DNA of 64,000 bases from Desulfonatronovibrionaceae bacterium (GCA_046539845.1 JBKHGE010000002.1:1-64000), one strand, 5' to 3'; positions 29,013 to 38,368 are shown, numbered from the stretch's first letter. Notes: a model not told the origin generated them from the sequence alone. Program-made: numbers and translations.

Positions 29013-31523
29013 CTAAATCTTGAACGGATTGGGTCCTTTTTCCTTGAGCAGGGCGATTCCGCTATGTAAAAAATCGACGTATTCCTGGATGTCCCTGGGA
29101 CCGAGCCCGGCAAATATAACCCGCTCCGGATCCATGGACATGTTTTTCAGCTTGTCCACCAGATCGTCGTAGCGCTTGCGGACCAGCTCGTTGCCTTTTA
29201 CATAATGACAGGTGTCTTCCGGACAGGCGCCGATAAAGACGCCGTCGATGCCCAGAGAAAGCGCATCCGCGATCAAGGCGTTGTTCAGAGCGCCGGCGCA
29301 AGGGACTTTCAGGGCTATCACATTGAAGGGCACGATTCCTTGGGCTTGGGCCTTTTTTGCCGCGAGCCAGGCATCGTTTGCGCATAAAAAGGCCAAGATC
29401 ACCGGCTCTTCTTTGGGCAGAAACGAGGTGTTGTCCCCGAGTATTTCCACCTGGGAGGCATACTGCTTGATGGTATGATGTCTGAGATCAACGGCGGTCT
29501 TGGGGCAGATGCCCATACAATTCCCGCACTGTCTGCACTTGCCCAAATCCGGGACCGGGATTTCCTTTTCGTTGTAGCTCAAAGCCAAAAACGGACATTC
29601 CTCCAGACAGCGCCCACACTGGTCGCATTTTTTTTCATTGAACGTCGGATAGGTGGGTTCTACCTCCAGGTCCTGGCCGAGAAAGCCCAGGGCTTCCAAA
29701 GCGGCCTTGGCCGCAGATTCTATCGACTGCGAGGCATTCATGGGCTCCCGGGCGCATCCGCCCACATAAATTCCGGTCCGCTGCGATTCGGCCGGGTAAC
29801 ACTGTTTGTGGCTCTCAAAAAATCCGTGCTCATTTTGGGGCAGGTCCAGCACCGGCCCGGTTTCCAGTCCGCTTGCCGACGGACACATCCCCCCGGCCAG
29901 AACAAGCAGGTCCAGGCTGGTTTTCACGTTGCGGCCCAGGTTTTCATCCAAGGCCTCGGCCGCGAGTTTGCCGGAATCCGGTTCAAAATCTATCTGCGAG
30001 GGCCGGCCCTTGAGAAAAACAGCCCCGGTCTTCCTGGCCTGACGGTACATATCCTCGTCAAAGCCCGGGGTACGGATATCCATATAGAATACGTAGCATT
30101 TGATTCCCGGGTTTATGCCTTTTAGTTCCAGAATCTGCTTCATGGTCGCGGAACAGCACACCGAGGAGCAATACGGCAAATGGCGTTCGTCCCGGCTCCC
30201 GGCGCACTGGATAAAGCCCACCGATTCCAGTTCGCTTATCTTGCGGCCGTTCACCCGCGGGATATGAGGGTCCTCCCGGGACAAAAGTCTTTCCATTTCC
30301 AGGTTGTCCACCACTCCGGGGAGCCGGCCGTAGCCGTATTCTTGCAGTCTTTCCACCGGGTACAGGTCCCAGCCGGTGGCCACCAGCACTGCACCCGCAT
30401 CCACGGATTCCATCTGTTCCTGGTCGTTGAGATCAATGGCCTGGTTGGGACAGATTGCTTCGCACTTGCGGCAGTCCGGCGGGCAATGGTCGCGTTCCAC
30501 AACAAAGGGCACTGGATGGGCCATGGGCAAGGCCGGATGAACGGCCTTGCGTCCGAACACGGCCGGCCGGTCTACAGACCGGTCTTGCAGTATCCCGTAT
30601 GGGTCTCTGGGCCGGGTCTTTGTCTCCTTGTTTTCAGTCTCCGAAGCCCGGTCACCGGTTTCGTCTTTTTCCCCGGGCTCCTCCAGGAGCGGTTCAGGAC
30701 TGCTAACTGGTCGGCACTGTACCGCCGGGATATTATCGGTCAGATCCACCGGGCATACTCCCTGACAGGCCCCGCACCCGTCACAATTTGTGTTTACAAA
30801 CCGCGGCGCTCGGCGCACAGTGGCGGTGAACCGGCCCGGTCCGCCCTCCAGACTTTCCACCCGAGCCAGGGTGCGCAGATCGAATTGCTCCGAGGGAGCA
30901 AGCTCGAACAGGATATGTTCCAGTCCGCAGCGCGGATCGCACATCCGGGGATAGAAGCGGGAGAGTTCCGCTACTTTGCCCCCGAGACCGGAGTTCTTTT
31001 CCACCAGAGTGACTGGTTTTCCTTGCCTGATCAGTGAAGCCGCGGCATGCAGCCCGGAAATGCCCCCGCCGATTATAAGGATACGTTCGTTAGCCGGCAG
31101 GGTCTCCGGCTCCAAAGGCTCCAGGTTTTTGGTCCTGGCCAAAGCCATCTTGAGCATGACCTGGGCTTTTTTGTCCCGCATCTCCTGGTCCTGCTCAGGG
31201 TTCAGAAGGCCCTGATCCCCGGGATCGAACCATTCCAGCATATACCGGTTGATCCCTGCGTCATTCAGGAGCCGGGTACAGTACTCTTTCTGGGACGGGA
31301 TGAATCCGCCCACAAAAAGGACGCGCTCAATTTCTTGGCCAAAGGATCCATCCCCGAGCAAAGTGGGGAATGCATCCAGAAACACGTCCTGGACGTGTTC
31401 GGTTTTGACCACGGCCTTGTTTTTTTCAGTTAAGGCCAGGAGCTTCCCCATGTCCAGGGCGGCGCTTAAGCGTCCGCCCTGGTCATTGAAGAAGACAGCT
31501 ATTTTCTTTGCTTTGGCAGCCAT
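29013..31523 (-). CDS. HdrA-family flavoprotein fused to MvhD/FlpD domain (QmoA/QmoB hybrid)
   Basis: GGGISG FAD motif, YPRMCDPRCG, inserted ferredoxin, QCAGSRD...YCSSVCC, two C-terminal CxxCxxCxxxCP, MvhD cysteines (FLC, VPC, GAC...CHY), ends KGPNPFK like QmoB. Confidence 0.88.
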   Translation of the reverse strand: MAAKAKKIAVFFNDQGGRLSAALDMGKLLALTEKNKAVVKTEHVQDVFLDAFPTLLGDGSFGQEIERVLFVGGFIPSQKEYCTRLLNDAGINRYMLEWFDPGDQGLLNPEQDQEMRDKKAQVMLKMALARTKNLEPLEPETLPANERILIIGGGISGLHAAASLIRQGKPVTLVEKNSGLGGKVAELSRFYPRMCDPRCGLEHILFELAPSEQFDLRTLARVESLEGGPGRFTATVRRAPRFVNTNCDGCGACQGVCPVDLTDNIPAVQCRPVSSPEPLLEEPGEKDETGDRASETENKETKTRPRDPYGILQDRSVDRPAVFGRKAVHPALPMAHPVPFVVERDHCPPDCRKCEAICPNQAIDLNDQEQMESVDAGAVLVATGWDLYPVERLQEYGYGRLPGVVDNLEMERLLSREDPHIPRVNGRKISELESVGFIQCAGSRDERHLPYCSSVCCSATMKQILELKGINPGIKCYVFYMDIRTPGFDEDMYRQARKTGAVFLKGRPSQIDFEPDSGKLAAEALDENLGRNVKTSLDLLVLAGGMCPSASGLETGPVLDLPQNEHGFFESHKQCYPAESQRTGIYVGGCAREPMNASQSIESAAKAALEALGFLGQDLEVEPTYPTFNEKKCDQCGRCLEECPFLALSYNEKEIPVPDLGKCRQCGNCMGICPKTAVDLRHHTIKQYASQVEILGDNTSFLPKEEPVILAFLCANDAWLAAKKAQAQGIVPFNVIALKVPCAGALNNALIADALSLGIDGVFIGACPEDTCHYVKGNELVRKRYDDLVDKLKNMSMDPERVIFAGLGPRDIQEYVDFLHSGIALLKEKGPNPFKI

Positions 31524-31846
31524 CAGTCTTCAACCCGGTTTTTATAGCGGTAGCGGGTGACATTCCCGTGTATGTCCTCACAGGTCCAGGTGATGCTGTT
31601 GGTCCCCATCATGGGGATCAGTTTCGCCTTGTGATACCCAATCTGATAAGGGATTCGGGTCTCTATGGCCCCCACAGGACAGACCTTGGTGCAGGACATA
31701 CAGTCCCAGCAGTGCCTAAGAGAGCGGCAGTATGCCTTGCCGTCCTTGGTCAGGGTCATCAAATTCCCGGGACAGACCTGTTCGCAAAGCGGCTCGTCCA
31801 GAGCCATGCAGCCGTCGCATTTTTGTAGATCCACTTTGGGTGGCAT
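31523..31846 (-). CDS. aprB: AprB-like 2x[4Fe-4S] subunit, short (107 aa)
   Basis: KCDGC...CEQVCPGNLM, CWDCMSCTKVCP with the electron-transfer Trp, ITWT; lacks the long C-terminal tail. Confidence 0.82.
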   Translation of the reverse strand: MPPKVDLQKCDGCMALDEPLCEQVCPGNLMTLTKDGKAYCRSLRHCWDCMSCTKVCPVGAIETRIPYQIGYHKAKLIPMMGTNSITWTCEDIHGNVTRYRYKNRVED

Positions 31847-31910
31847 GTGTATATAACCTCCTGATAGCAGTTAATCTAAGGATCAGTGGCTTTCCCCGGT
31901 GGAGAGCCGG

Positions 31911-33656
31911 CTACTCTTCGTCCACTATGCGTTCATAGGGCCTGGTGAACACCTCGATCTCGTCCGTCTCCAGATTCCTGCGGGATTCCACGAAGCAATT
32001 GAAATTCTCGTCGTCGCGTTCTGGAAAGTCGGTCCGGGTCTGCCAGCCAGCCCAGCGGGTCTCTTTGCGGCCTTTGAGGTGATGGCAGACTATCTCGGCC
32101 ACTTCGATGCGGTCCAGTACTTCATGGGCGTGCATCAGCTCGTGCAGGGACCTGGCTTTTAGGTATTGCACCTGTTGCTTCAAAAATCGGATGTGGTTCA
32201 GGGCATAGTCCAGCTGCTGCTCATTGACCCGGTAAAACTGGCTGGTTCCCCCGGCGTATTCGTCCATGAGCCGCTGCAGGCGCTCCTTGACTTCTTCGGG
32301 GATGAGCCCGTCGTAGTCTTCATCCTTGAACAGGGGAGAGAAGACGCGTTCTTTTTCCGCGTCTATCTGGGCCGGATCCGGATTCACATCTCCTTTTTCC
32401 TCTACGAACTTCAGGGCCCCGCGGGCGGAGATTTTGCCTTCAGCCGCGCACCCGCCAACGAACTTGTTGGGATTGCCTCCGGCTGTTTCTCCGGCTGCGA
32501 ACAGCCCCGGGACAGTGGTCATCCGTTCCATGTCCACCCAGTAGCCGCTTCCGGTGTGGCCGCCGACAATATAAGGGTCCGAGCCGTATACTTCCACCGG
32601 CTGTTCAGTGGGGTCAATGGCGTTGGCCGCCAAAAAAAGGACAAAAGAGGGGCGCTCATTCAGGTAGTCGGTGAGCATGCTGTGACAGGTCTCCTCGTCC
32701 ATAATCCTGGTGTCAATATAGGTCGGTCCCCGGCCGGACCTCCATTCCTCCATGGGGGCGTTGGCCCGGATGTAGCGGGGGGCCTTGTCTCCGCCTTTGT
32801 CCGCGTAGTGTTTTTCCAGGAAGTACTCGCCCTTGGCGTTTATCATCTTGGCATTGAATCCCACCGAGACCGTGTCCACCGGACCACAGTAATCCTTTGT
32901 CCTGGCCGCCACCCAGCGCTGCTCCATGGAAGTGAATTCCGCGCCCTTGCGCAGGCCCATGGCATAGCCGCTGCCCACATTGAATGGGCACATCCAGGTC
33001 TGTTGGTGGCAGGCGGTGGAGTCCGAAGTGTAGGATTTGTACAGTCCGCAGGCCCCGCCGGTGGCCACAATGGTTGATTTGGCCTTGAATACGTAGAACT
33101 TGCCGTTACGTACCCCAAAGCCCATGGCCCCGGCGCAGCGGTCCCCGTCCATGAGCAGGGCGGTACCCACGACCCGGTTGTAGATTTCTGCGGAATCCAT
33201 GGCCTTTTCCGCCATGATCGGCTTGAGCTGCTCGCCGTGGATGGATACATCCCAGGCTCCGCGGTATTTGGGATTGCCATCCTCGTCTTCCAGGATGGGC
33301 AGTCCCCATTCCGCGAGTTCGTCCACACATTGATTGAGTTCCTGGGCGTTGGAAAGGGCCAGGTCCTCGCGTAGAGGTCCGCCGCCGACCTGGGAGCGGC
33401 ACCAGCGGACCAAATCTTCCGGGGTCTTGCCCTCCCAGGTGGGGATATAGGTGTTAATGGCGTCCATCCCTGCAGCGCAGGCCCCGGAGCGCTTGATGTT
33501 CGCCTTTTCCATGATTACTATGTGCATATCCGGATTGAGCCTTCTGGCCTCATAGGCCGCGAAGCAGCCCGCATTCCCGCCTCCGATGATCAAAAGATCA
33601 CAGTCAACGGTTTCGGTCTGGACTTCATCCATATTTTGTGGAGTTGTCTCGGCCAT
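31911..33656 (-). CDS. aprA: adenylylsulfate reductase alpha subunit-like flavoprotein (non-canonical AprA)
   Basis: IIGGGNAG, EKANIKRSGACAAGMDAINTY, HGEQLKP, RTKD..GPV, PYIVGGH, GLFAAGE, RLQRLMDEYAGG, RKETRW; AGGAGG RBS 6 nt before ATG 33656. Confidence 0.85.
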   Translation of the reverse strand: MAETTPQNMDEVQTETVDCDLLIIGGGNAGCFAAYEARRLNPDMHIVIMEKANIKRSGACAAGMDAINTYIPTWEGKTPEDLVRWCRSQVGGGPLREDLALSNAQELNQCVDELAEWGLPILEDEDGNPKYRGAWDVSIHGEQLKPIMAEKAMDSAEIYNRVVGTALLMDGDRCAGAMGFGVRNGKFYVFKAKSTIVATGGACGLYKSYTSDSTACHQQTWMCPFNVGSGYAMGLRKGAEFTSMEQRWVAARTKDYCGPVDTVSVGFNAKMINAKGEYFLEKHYADKGGDKAPRYIRANAPMEEWRSGRGPTYIDTRIMDEETCHSMLTDYLNERPSFVLFLAANAIDPTEQPVEVYGSDPYIVGGHTGSGYWVDMERMTTVPGLFAAGETAGGNPNKFVGGCAAEGKISARGALKFVEEKGDVNPDPAQIDAEKERVFSPLFKDEDYDGLIPEEVKERLQRLMDEYAGGTSQFYRVNEQQLDYALNHIRFLKQQVQYLKARSLHELMHAHEVLDRIEVAEIVCHHLKGRKETRWAGWQTRTDFPERDDENFNCFVESRRNLETDEIEVFTRPYERIVDEE

Positions 33657-33833
33657 AATCATCCTCCTGGTTTTAGCGTTTTTTAAACGCTTTCTGTGAG
33701 ACTTGGTGCAAAGTTATCCCGCTTTACCCGGTAGATCGGCGTTGCAGCCGTTTAATGTCCGGGGTCCGGGACTCTCCCTGGCCAAAATGCCTTTGATTTC
33801 ATTTCCCGTATATATTTTCCCTGCCCGGTGAAC

Positions 33834-33849
33834 TATCGGGCCGCCGATA
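33834..33849. promoter_or_regulatory. Crp/Fnr-type palindrome TATCG-N6-CGATA, copy 2, upstream of the aprA-like gene
   Basis: TATCGggccgcCGATA; TATACG -10-like hexamer at 33812-33807 on the minus strand (class II spacing). Confidence 0.7.
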
Positions 33850-34002
33850 AACAAAGAAAAAAGTAGTTTTTTAGTAAAAAGCAACAAACGCCCGGGCCGA
33901 AAATTCTTAATCAATGGGTGCAAAACTGCGCTCGGTTTATGGTCCGGCATTTTTGTCCCTCTGTCCTTTATTGTGCATAAAATACAAAAAAGCCGGAAAA
34001 AC

Positions 34003-34018
34003 TATCGTCCCTGCGATA
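34003..34018. promoter_or_regulatory. Crp/Fnr-type palindrome TATCG-N6-CGATA, copy 3, upstream of the membrane Hdr gene
   Basis: AAAAC-TATCGtccctgCGATA-T; TAAAAG -10-like hexamer at 34039. Confidence 0.7.
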
Positions 34019-34127
34019 TATTTTTTGTTTATATCCGCTAAAAGCGAAGGCACAGATTGAGATGCAGGCCTGAATCCTGCGGATAGAATGTTAGAATGTC
34101 TAACTCCCAAAATATATGGAAGGGGCT

Positions 34128-35873
34128 ATGTTTTTTAATATTACCTTGGCGCTGTCCGTGGTTATTTTTGGCGCGGGCGTGATCTGGCGGGCAGGAAGCT
34201 GGCTGAAGAAAGACCCGGCCCAGGTTCCTCCTTCGTCCGGGCGGCTTAAGACTGCGGCCGCAGCCGTGTTCCGTGCTGTCTTCAGCAGGCGGATTCTGGC
34301 CGTGCTTAAGTCCTTTGCAATGGATGTGCTTTTGCAGAAAACAAGCCTGCGCCAGTCTCCCTTCCGTTGGGTCATGCATATGCTGATCTGGGTGGGGTTT
34401 GTCCTGCTTGTCGTCTTTCATGCTCTGGATGCCGTGACCAGCAAGAACCTTTTTCCCGGGTATTATCCCACCGTGAATCCGTACTGGATGCTGCGGGACA
34501 TATTGGGCGGTTTGGTGCTTCTCGGAGTACTTATGGCCGCTGGCCGCAGACTGCAGCCGGGGAACCCTAGGCTCAAATCCACGTCCAAAGACTGGATCGC
34601 TTTGATTCTGCTGGCGGTGATAATGCTTTCCGGATTCGCACTGGCCGGGATGAAGATAACCTCCAAACAGGCCTTTGACCGCATGGAGCGGGAGTACTCC
34701 CTTATTACTGAAAAAAAGGAGTCAAAACAGCTGGAGGCGTTCTGGGCGGCCGAATATGGCCTTGAGGCCTCCCCCATGGACCGCCCCCTGGATCCGGAGC
34801 AGGTTGAGGCCGGGGCGGAGCTGAACCGTCTCTATTGCGCGGACTGCCATTCCAGACCGCAGACCGCTCCGGTCAGCTATGTGACCGCAGCGCTGATCGG
34901 ACCGGTTGCCGGTCCACTGGATAGGATCAATTTTGCCTCTTTTTTGTGGCATGTGCACTTTTTGTTTGTCTTTGCCGGGCTTGCCTATCTGCCCTTTGGC
35001 AAGTTTTTCCATATCCTGGCCACTCCAGCGTATCTTTTGGCCCGGGCCGGAATGGGCCGGGCGGATGATCCGACCGGCTCGTCCGTTATGCGGGCCATGG
35101 CCCTGGACGCCTGTATGCACTGCGGGGCGTGCAGCGAGATCTGCGCAGTAGGGTCCGTACATGCGGTTATTCCCAACGACCTGATCCTGCCTTCGGAAAA
35201 GATCGCCCTCCTGCAGCGTCTGGCCCGGGGCCAGCCTTTGCGGGGAGAGGATCTGCCCGAAGCGGTAGAGGGTATGCTTTTGTGCACCAATTGCAGCCGC
35301 TGCGGAGATGTATGCCCTGCCGGGATTGACCTGCAGAAATTGTGGGACGCGGTACGGGAAGGGCTTTTGGCTAAGGGTGCGGCCGACCACCCTGATCCGA
35401 TACTTTTATCCGCTTTGTCCTTTTACCGCGCCGGGCGGGCCGGGGAGCTGGGCCCGGCCTACGCCCCGCCCCGCGATCGGGCTTGGCAAAAGATAGCCGC
35501 TCTTTCCCCGGAGCCGGCAGAAGATCCGGTGGCTCTCCCGGCGGCGGACAATCCCGCTTTGCAAAGGATCAAATCCAGCTCCCAGTCTTTTTCCCTTGCC
35601 TATTGCTACAGCTGCCGGACCTGTTCTTCGGTCTGCCCGCTAAAGGAGGAGTTTGAAAATCCACACCAGGACCTGGGGCTTTTACCGCATCAGATCATTC
35701 ACGCCGTTTTGCTGGGCCGGCCGGATATGGCCCTTGGCTGCAGGATGCTCTGGGCCTGTCTGGGCTGTTACCAGTGCCAGGAACAGTGTCCACAGGGCGT
35801 GGCAGTGACCGAGGTATTTTATGAACTCAAAAACCTGGCCCTGGACCGGGCCCGGGAAAAGGGCCGGGGATAA
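34128..35873 (+). CDS. membrane oxidoreductase: NarI-like cytochrome b domain, CxxCH heme c loop and two HdrC-like dicluster domains
   Basis: RWVMHML..GF, WHVHFL, LPFGKFFHI (NarI-type heme b His); CADCH; CMHCGACSEIC, CTNCSRCGDVCP, CYSCRTCSSVCP, CLGCYQCQEQCP. Confidence 0.82.
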   Translation: MFFNITLALSVVIFGAGVIWRAGSWLKKDPAQVPPSSGRLKTAAAAVFRAVFSRRILAVLKSFAMDVLLQKTSLRQSPFRWVMHMLIWVGFVLLVVFHALDAVTSKNLFPGYYPTVNPYWMLRDILGGLVLLGVLMAAGRRLQPGNPRLKSTSKDWIALILLAVIMLSGFALAGMKITSKQAFDRMEREYSLITEKKESKQLEAFWAAEYGLEASPMDRPLDPEQVEAGAELNRLYCADCHSRPQTAPVSYVTAALIGPVAGPLDRINFASFLWHVHFLFVFAGLAYLPFGKFFHILATPAYLLARAGMGRADDPTGSSVMRAMALDACMHCGACSEICAVGSVHAVIPNDLILPSEKIALLQRLARGQPLRGEDLPEAVEGMLLCTNCSRCGDVCPAGIDLQKLWDAVREGLLAKGAADHPDPILLSALSFYRAGRAGELGPAYAPPRDRAWQKIAALSPEPAEDPVALPAADNPALQRIKSSSQSFSLAYCYSCRTCSSVCPLKEEFENPHQDLGLLPHQIIHAVLLGRPDMALGCRMLWACLGCYQCQEQCPQGVAVTEVFYELKNLALDRAREKGRG

Positions 35874-35886
35874 TAAGGGGAATGAT

Positions 35887-36720
35887 ATGAATTATGCCAT
35901 TTTCCGCTGCTGTGTGACCAACCGTTTGCTGCAGGAATACGAGACCGCCACAGACGGTGTGTTGACCGCCATAGACATCCCGGCCCTGGACATAAGGGAT
36001 TTCGGGTGCTGCGGCTATCCGCTGCGTAATGTGGACTACACTGCGTCCATGTATTCCGCGGCCCGTAATTTTGCTTTGGCCGAGCGGGCTGGGCTGGACA
36101 TCCTCACCGTGTGCAACTGCTGTTTCGGATCGCTTAAGCAGGCGGCTTACTCCCTGGCTGCGGATCCCGGCCTGGCGGCCGGGAGCAAAGAGAGGCTGGA
36201 AAAAGAGGGGCTGACACTTTCCGGGGAGGTGCGGGTCAGACATCTTTTGCAGGTCCTTTATCAGGATATAGGTCCCGGGGAGCTGTCCGAAAGGATTTGC
36301 CGGCCCCTGCACGGCCTGCGGGCGGTTATCCACTACGGCTGCCATCTCTTGCGGCCCTCGGATGTGGTAGGATTTGATGACCCCTTTGATCCGAGCATTT
36401 GCGAGGATCTGGTCGCGGCCGTAGGGGTGGAGTGCCTGGATTGGGAACGGCGCCTGGACTGCTGCGGAGCTCCTTTGGCCGGGACTTTTGATGATCTGTC
36501 CTTATCTTTGAGCAGGCAGAAATTGCGAGCCGCAGCCGGGGTGGGAGCGCACTGCCTGCTCTGCGTGTGTCCTTTTTGTCAGCTACAGTTTGAGCGTGCC
36601 CGCAGGGAAATGATCAATCGCGGCCAAGACACCCCTGAGGTGGTGGGCTTTGTCCAGCTTTTGGCCGCTGCCTTGGGCCGGGAACAAAACCTGCCTGTCT
36701 TGCAGCTGTCCGGGAAATAA
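35887..36720 (+). CDS. hdrB: heterodisulfide reductase subunit B-like protein
   Basis: two CCG domains: GCCG...TVCNCC and HYGCH...DCCG...CVCPFC. Confidence 0.88.
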   Translation: MNYAIFRCCVTNRLLQEYETATDGVLTAIDIPALDIRDFGCCGYPLRNVDYTASMYSAARNFALAERAGLDILTVCNCCFGSLKQAAYSLAADPGLAAGSKERLEKEGLTLSGEVRVRHLLQVLYQDIGPGELSERICRPLHGLRAVIHYGCHLLRPSDVVGFDDPFDPSICEDLVAAVGVECLDWERRLDCCGAPLAGTFDDLSLSLSRQKLRAAAGVGAHCLLCVCPFCQLQFERARREMINRGQDTPEVVGFVQLLAAALGREQNLPVLQLSGK

Positions 36721-36866
36721 TCCTTTCCCCTTCGGCCACACATTAGTCGAGGAGGCATAAATTTTCCCGGCTGCAGAAATCTCTTGTCTATCTTCCGGTT
36801 TTTGGCCTATTATTCAATCATATTGATGTAGGCACGTTATTCTAATATCGTTTTCCGGAGGAGGAC

Positions 36867-37556
36867 ATGCCTGGACAATGGCATTTGGGAGTGGGAGATT
36901 TCTTTGAGGACCTGCCGCAGGAGCGGGAGGCCTTTCTTAAGCTGGCCCGGACCCGCGAGATTTCCCGCAATGAGATCGTGTTTTTCGAGGGAGATCCCGG
37001 ACATTCCTGTTTTTATCTGGAACGGGGGCTGATCAAGATCTTCCGCATCACGCCTTCAGGCAAGGAGTCCATATTCTTCCTGCGCCGTTCCGGGGAACTC
37101 TTCGGGCTGGCCGAAGTCATGGATTCCTCGGCCCGCAAGGCAAACGCTCAGGCCCTTTCTCCGTGTCTTCTGCACGAGATGCCCTGCCGTGAATTCAACT
37201 CCTTTCTGGAGGAATATATTACGGCCACGCGTAAGGTGGTCCGTACCCTGGGCCGCAGGGTACGTTACCTGGGGGAGCAGGTAAGCAACCTCATGGTCTG
37301 CGATGTAAGCATGCGACTGGTAAAGCTCCTGGTGTACATAGGCTATGACCGGCTGCAGACCGAGGACGCTTGGCTTCGTCCGGTACACATTCCGGTCCGC
37401 CTGACCCAGGAGCAGATGGCGGCCATGACCGGATCGTGCCAGCAGACAGTAAGTGAACTCTTAAACCGTTATCAGGAAGAGGGGCTTATTGAATTCAACC
37501 GCAAAGAGATAGTCATCCTCAATCCGTTGTCCCTGCTGGAAAAGGCCCAAATTTAG
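36867..37556 (+). CDS. Crp/Fnr-family transcriptional regulator
   Basis: FFEGDP, GLIKI, GELFG, C-terminal HTH LTQEQMAAMTGSCQQTVSELL; GGAGGA RBS. Confidence 0.93.
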   Translation: MPGQWHLGVGDFFEDLPQEREAFLKLARTREISRNEIVFFEGDPGHSCFYLERGLIKIFRITPSGKESIFFLRRSGELFGLAEVMDSSARKANAQALSPCLLHEMPCREFNSFLEEYITATRKVVRTLGRRVRYLGEQVSNLMVCDVSMRLVKLLVYIGYDRLQTEDAWLRPVHIPVRLTQEQMAAMTGSCQQTVSELLNRYQEEGLIEFNRKEIVILNPLSLLEKAQI

Positions 37557-37624
37557 GGCTCAAGCTATGCCTGTCGGGGGACTGCAGCAAGCTTCGAGTC
37601 TGATGGCCTGGTCCGGATAGTTTT

Positions 37625-38368
37625 TTAGATTACCTGGAAAAGGAGCTTTATTCCCAGCCCCAGGATAAGCAGGGCCAGAAGCCTTTTTACCGTATCCGGG
37701 GAAAGTCGGAGCTGCATGAAGTGCGTGCCCAGATAGCCTCCGGCGCAGGCGGCCAGCCCCACGGGCAAAACCAGTTCGGGCCGGAGATGCCCCATTCCCC
37801 AGTAGGCCAGAAATCCGGTAAATGAGGAAAAGGGCACGGCAAAAGCGGTCACTGCGGCGATTTTTTTCGGATTGAATCCTAGAACCAGAAGGAGCGGGGA
37901 GATGACTCCGCCGCCGCCCACTCCGAGTATGCCGGAAAGCCCCCCGGCCAGGGCGCCTATACCGAGGAGTGGGGCAGCAGGACGGTCTTCGCGGTATTGT
38001 TCCTTGTACTTTCCTCCCTTGAAAAACAGCATCATGTTCCCGGAGAAAAACAAAAACAAAACGAATAAAAGCAAGATGATCCGTTCCGGAAACAGGGTAG
38101 AGAAATAGGCGCCGGCCGGGGCAATGACAACCGAGCTTATGATTATGGGCAGGCCGAGGGAAAAATCCAGCTTCTTTTGTCTGATATTGGAAACAGTGGC
38201 GCTGACCATGCTTACCGTGTTCACAAAAAGGCCGGTAGGTTTGGCCTCGGTCATGGGGATGCCCAGCCAGCTCAAAATCGGGATGAGGACCACGGCCGAG
38301 CCCACGCCGCCCAAGGCGAAGGCGAAGCTCAAAAAAAAGGCCAAGGTGCTGATGAGGGCGGTTTCCAT
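37625..38368 (-). CDS. TauE/SafE (TSUP) sulfur-compound exporter
   Basis: GGVGSAVVLIP and SGILGVGGGGVISP repeats; about 8 TM helices. Confidence 0.88.
   Translation of the reverse strand: METALISTLAFFLSFAFALGGVGSAVVLIPILSWLGIPMTEAKPTGLFVNTVSMVSATVSNIRQKKLDFSLGLPIIISSVVIAPAGAYFSTLFPERIILLLFVLFLFFSGNMMLFFKGGKYKEQYREDRPAAPLLGIGALAGGLSGILGVGGGGVISPLLLVLGFNPKKIAAVTAFAVPFSSFTGFLAYWGMGHLRPELVLPVGLAACAGGYLGTHFMQLRLSPDTVKRLLALLILGLGIKLLFQVI

Noticed and set aside
32166..33077. 303-aa plus-strand ORF
   Set aside because: Antisense shadow of the aprA-like gene.
31523..33656. Calling this the canonical dissimilatory aprBA-qmoABC locus
   Set aside because: Gene order is reversed, both subunits are shorter, key motifs diverge, there is one HdrA-like gene and no adjacent qmoC or sat.
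29013..36720. Possible selenocysteine read-through in the HdrA/MvhD or HdrB genes
   Set aside because: The ORFs are continuous with Cys at the motif positions; no in-frame TGA is needed.
36846..36861. Half-site TATCG-ttttcc-GGAGG over the crp RBS, possible autoregulation
   Set aside because: The second half matches CGATA at only 2 of 5 positions; too weak to call.
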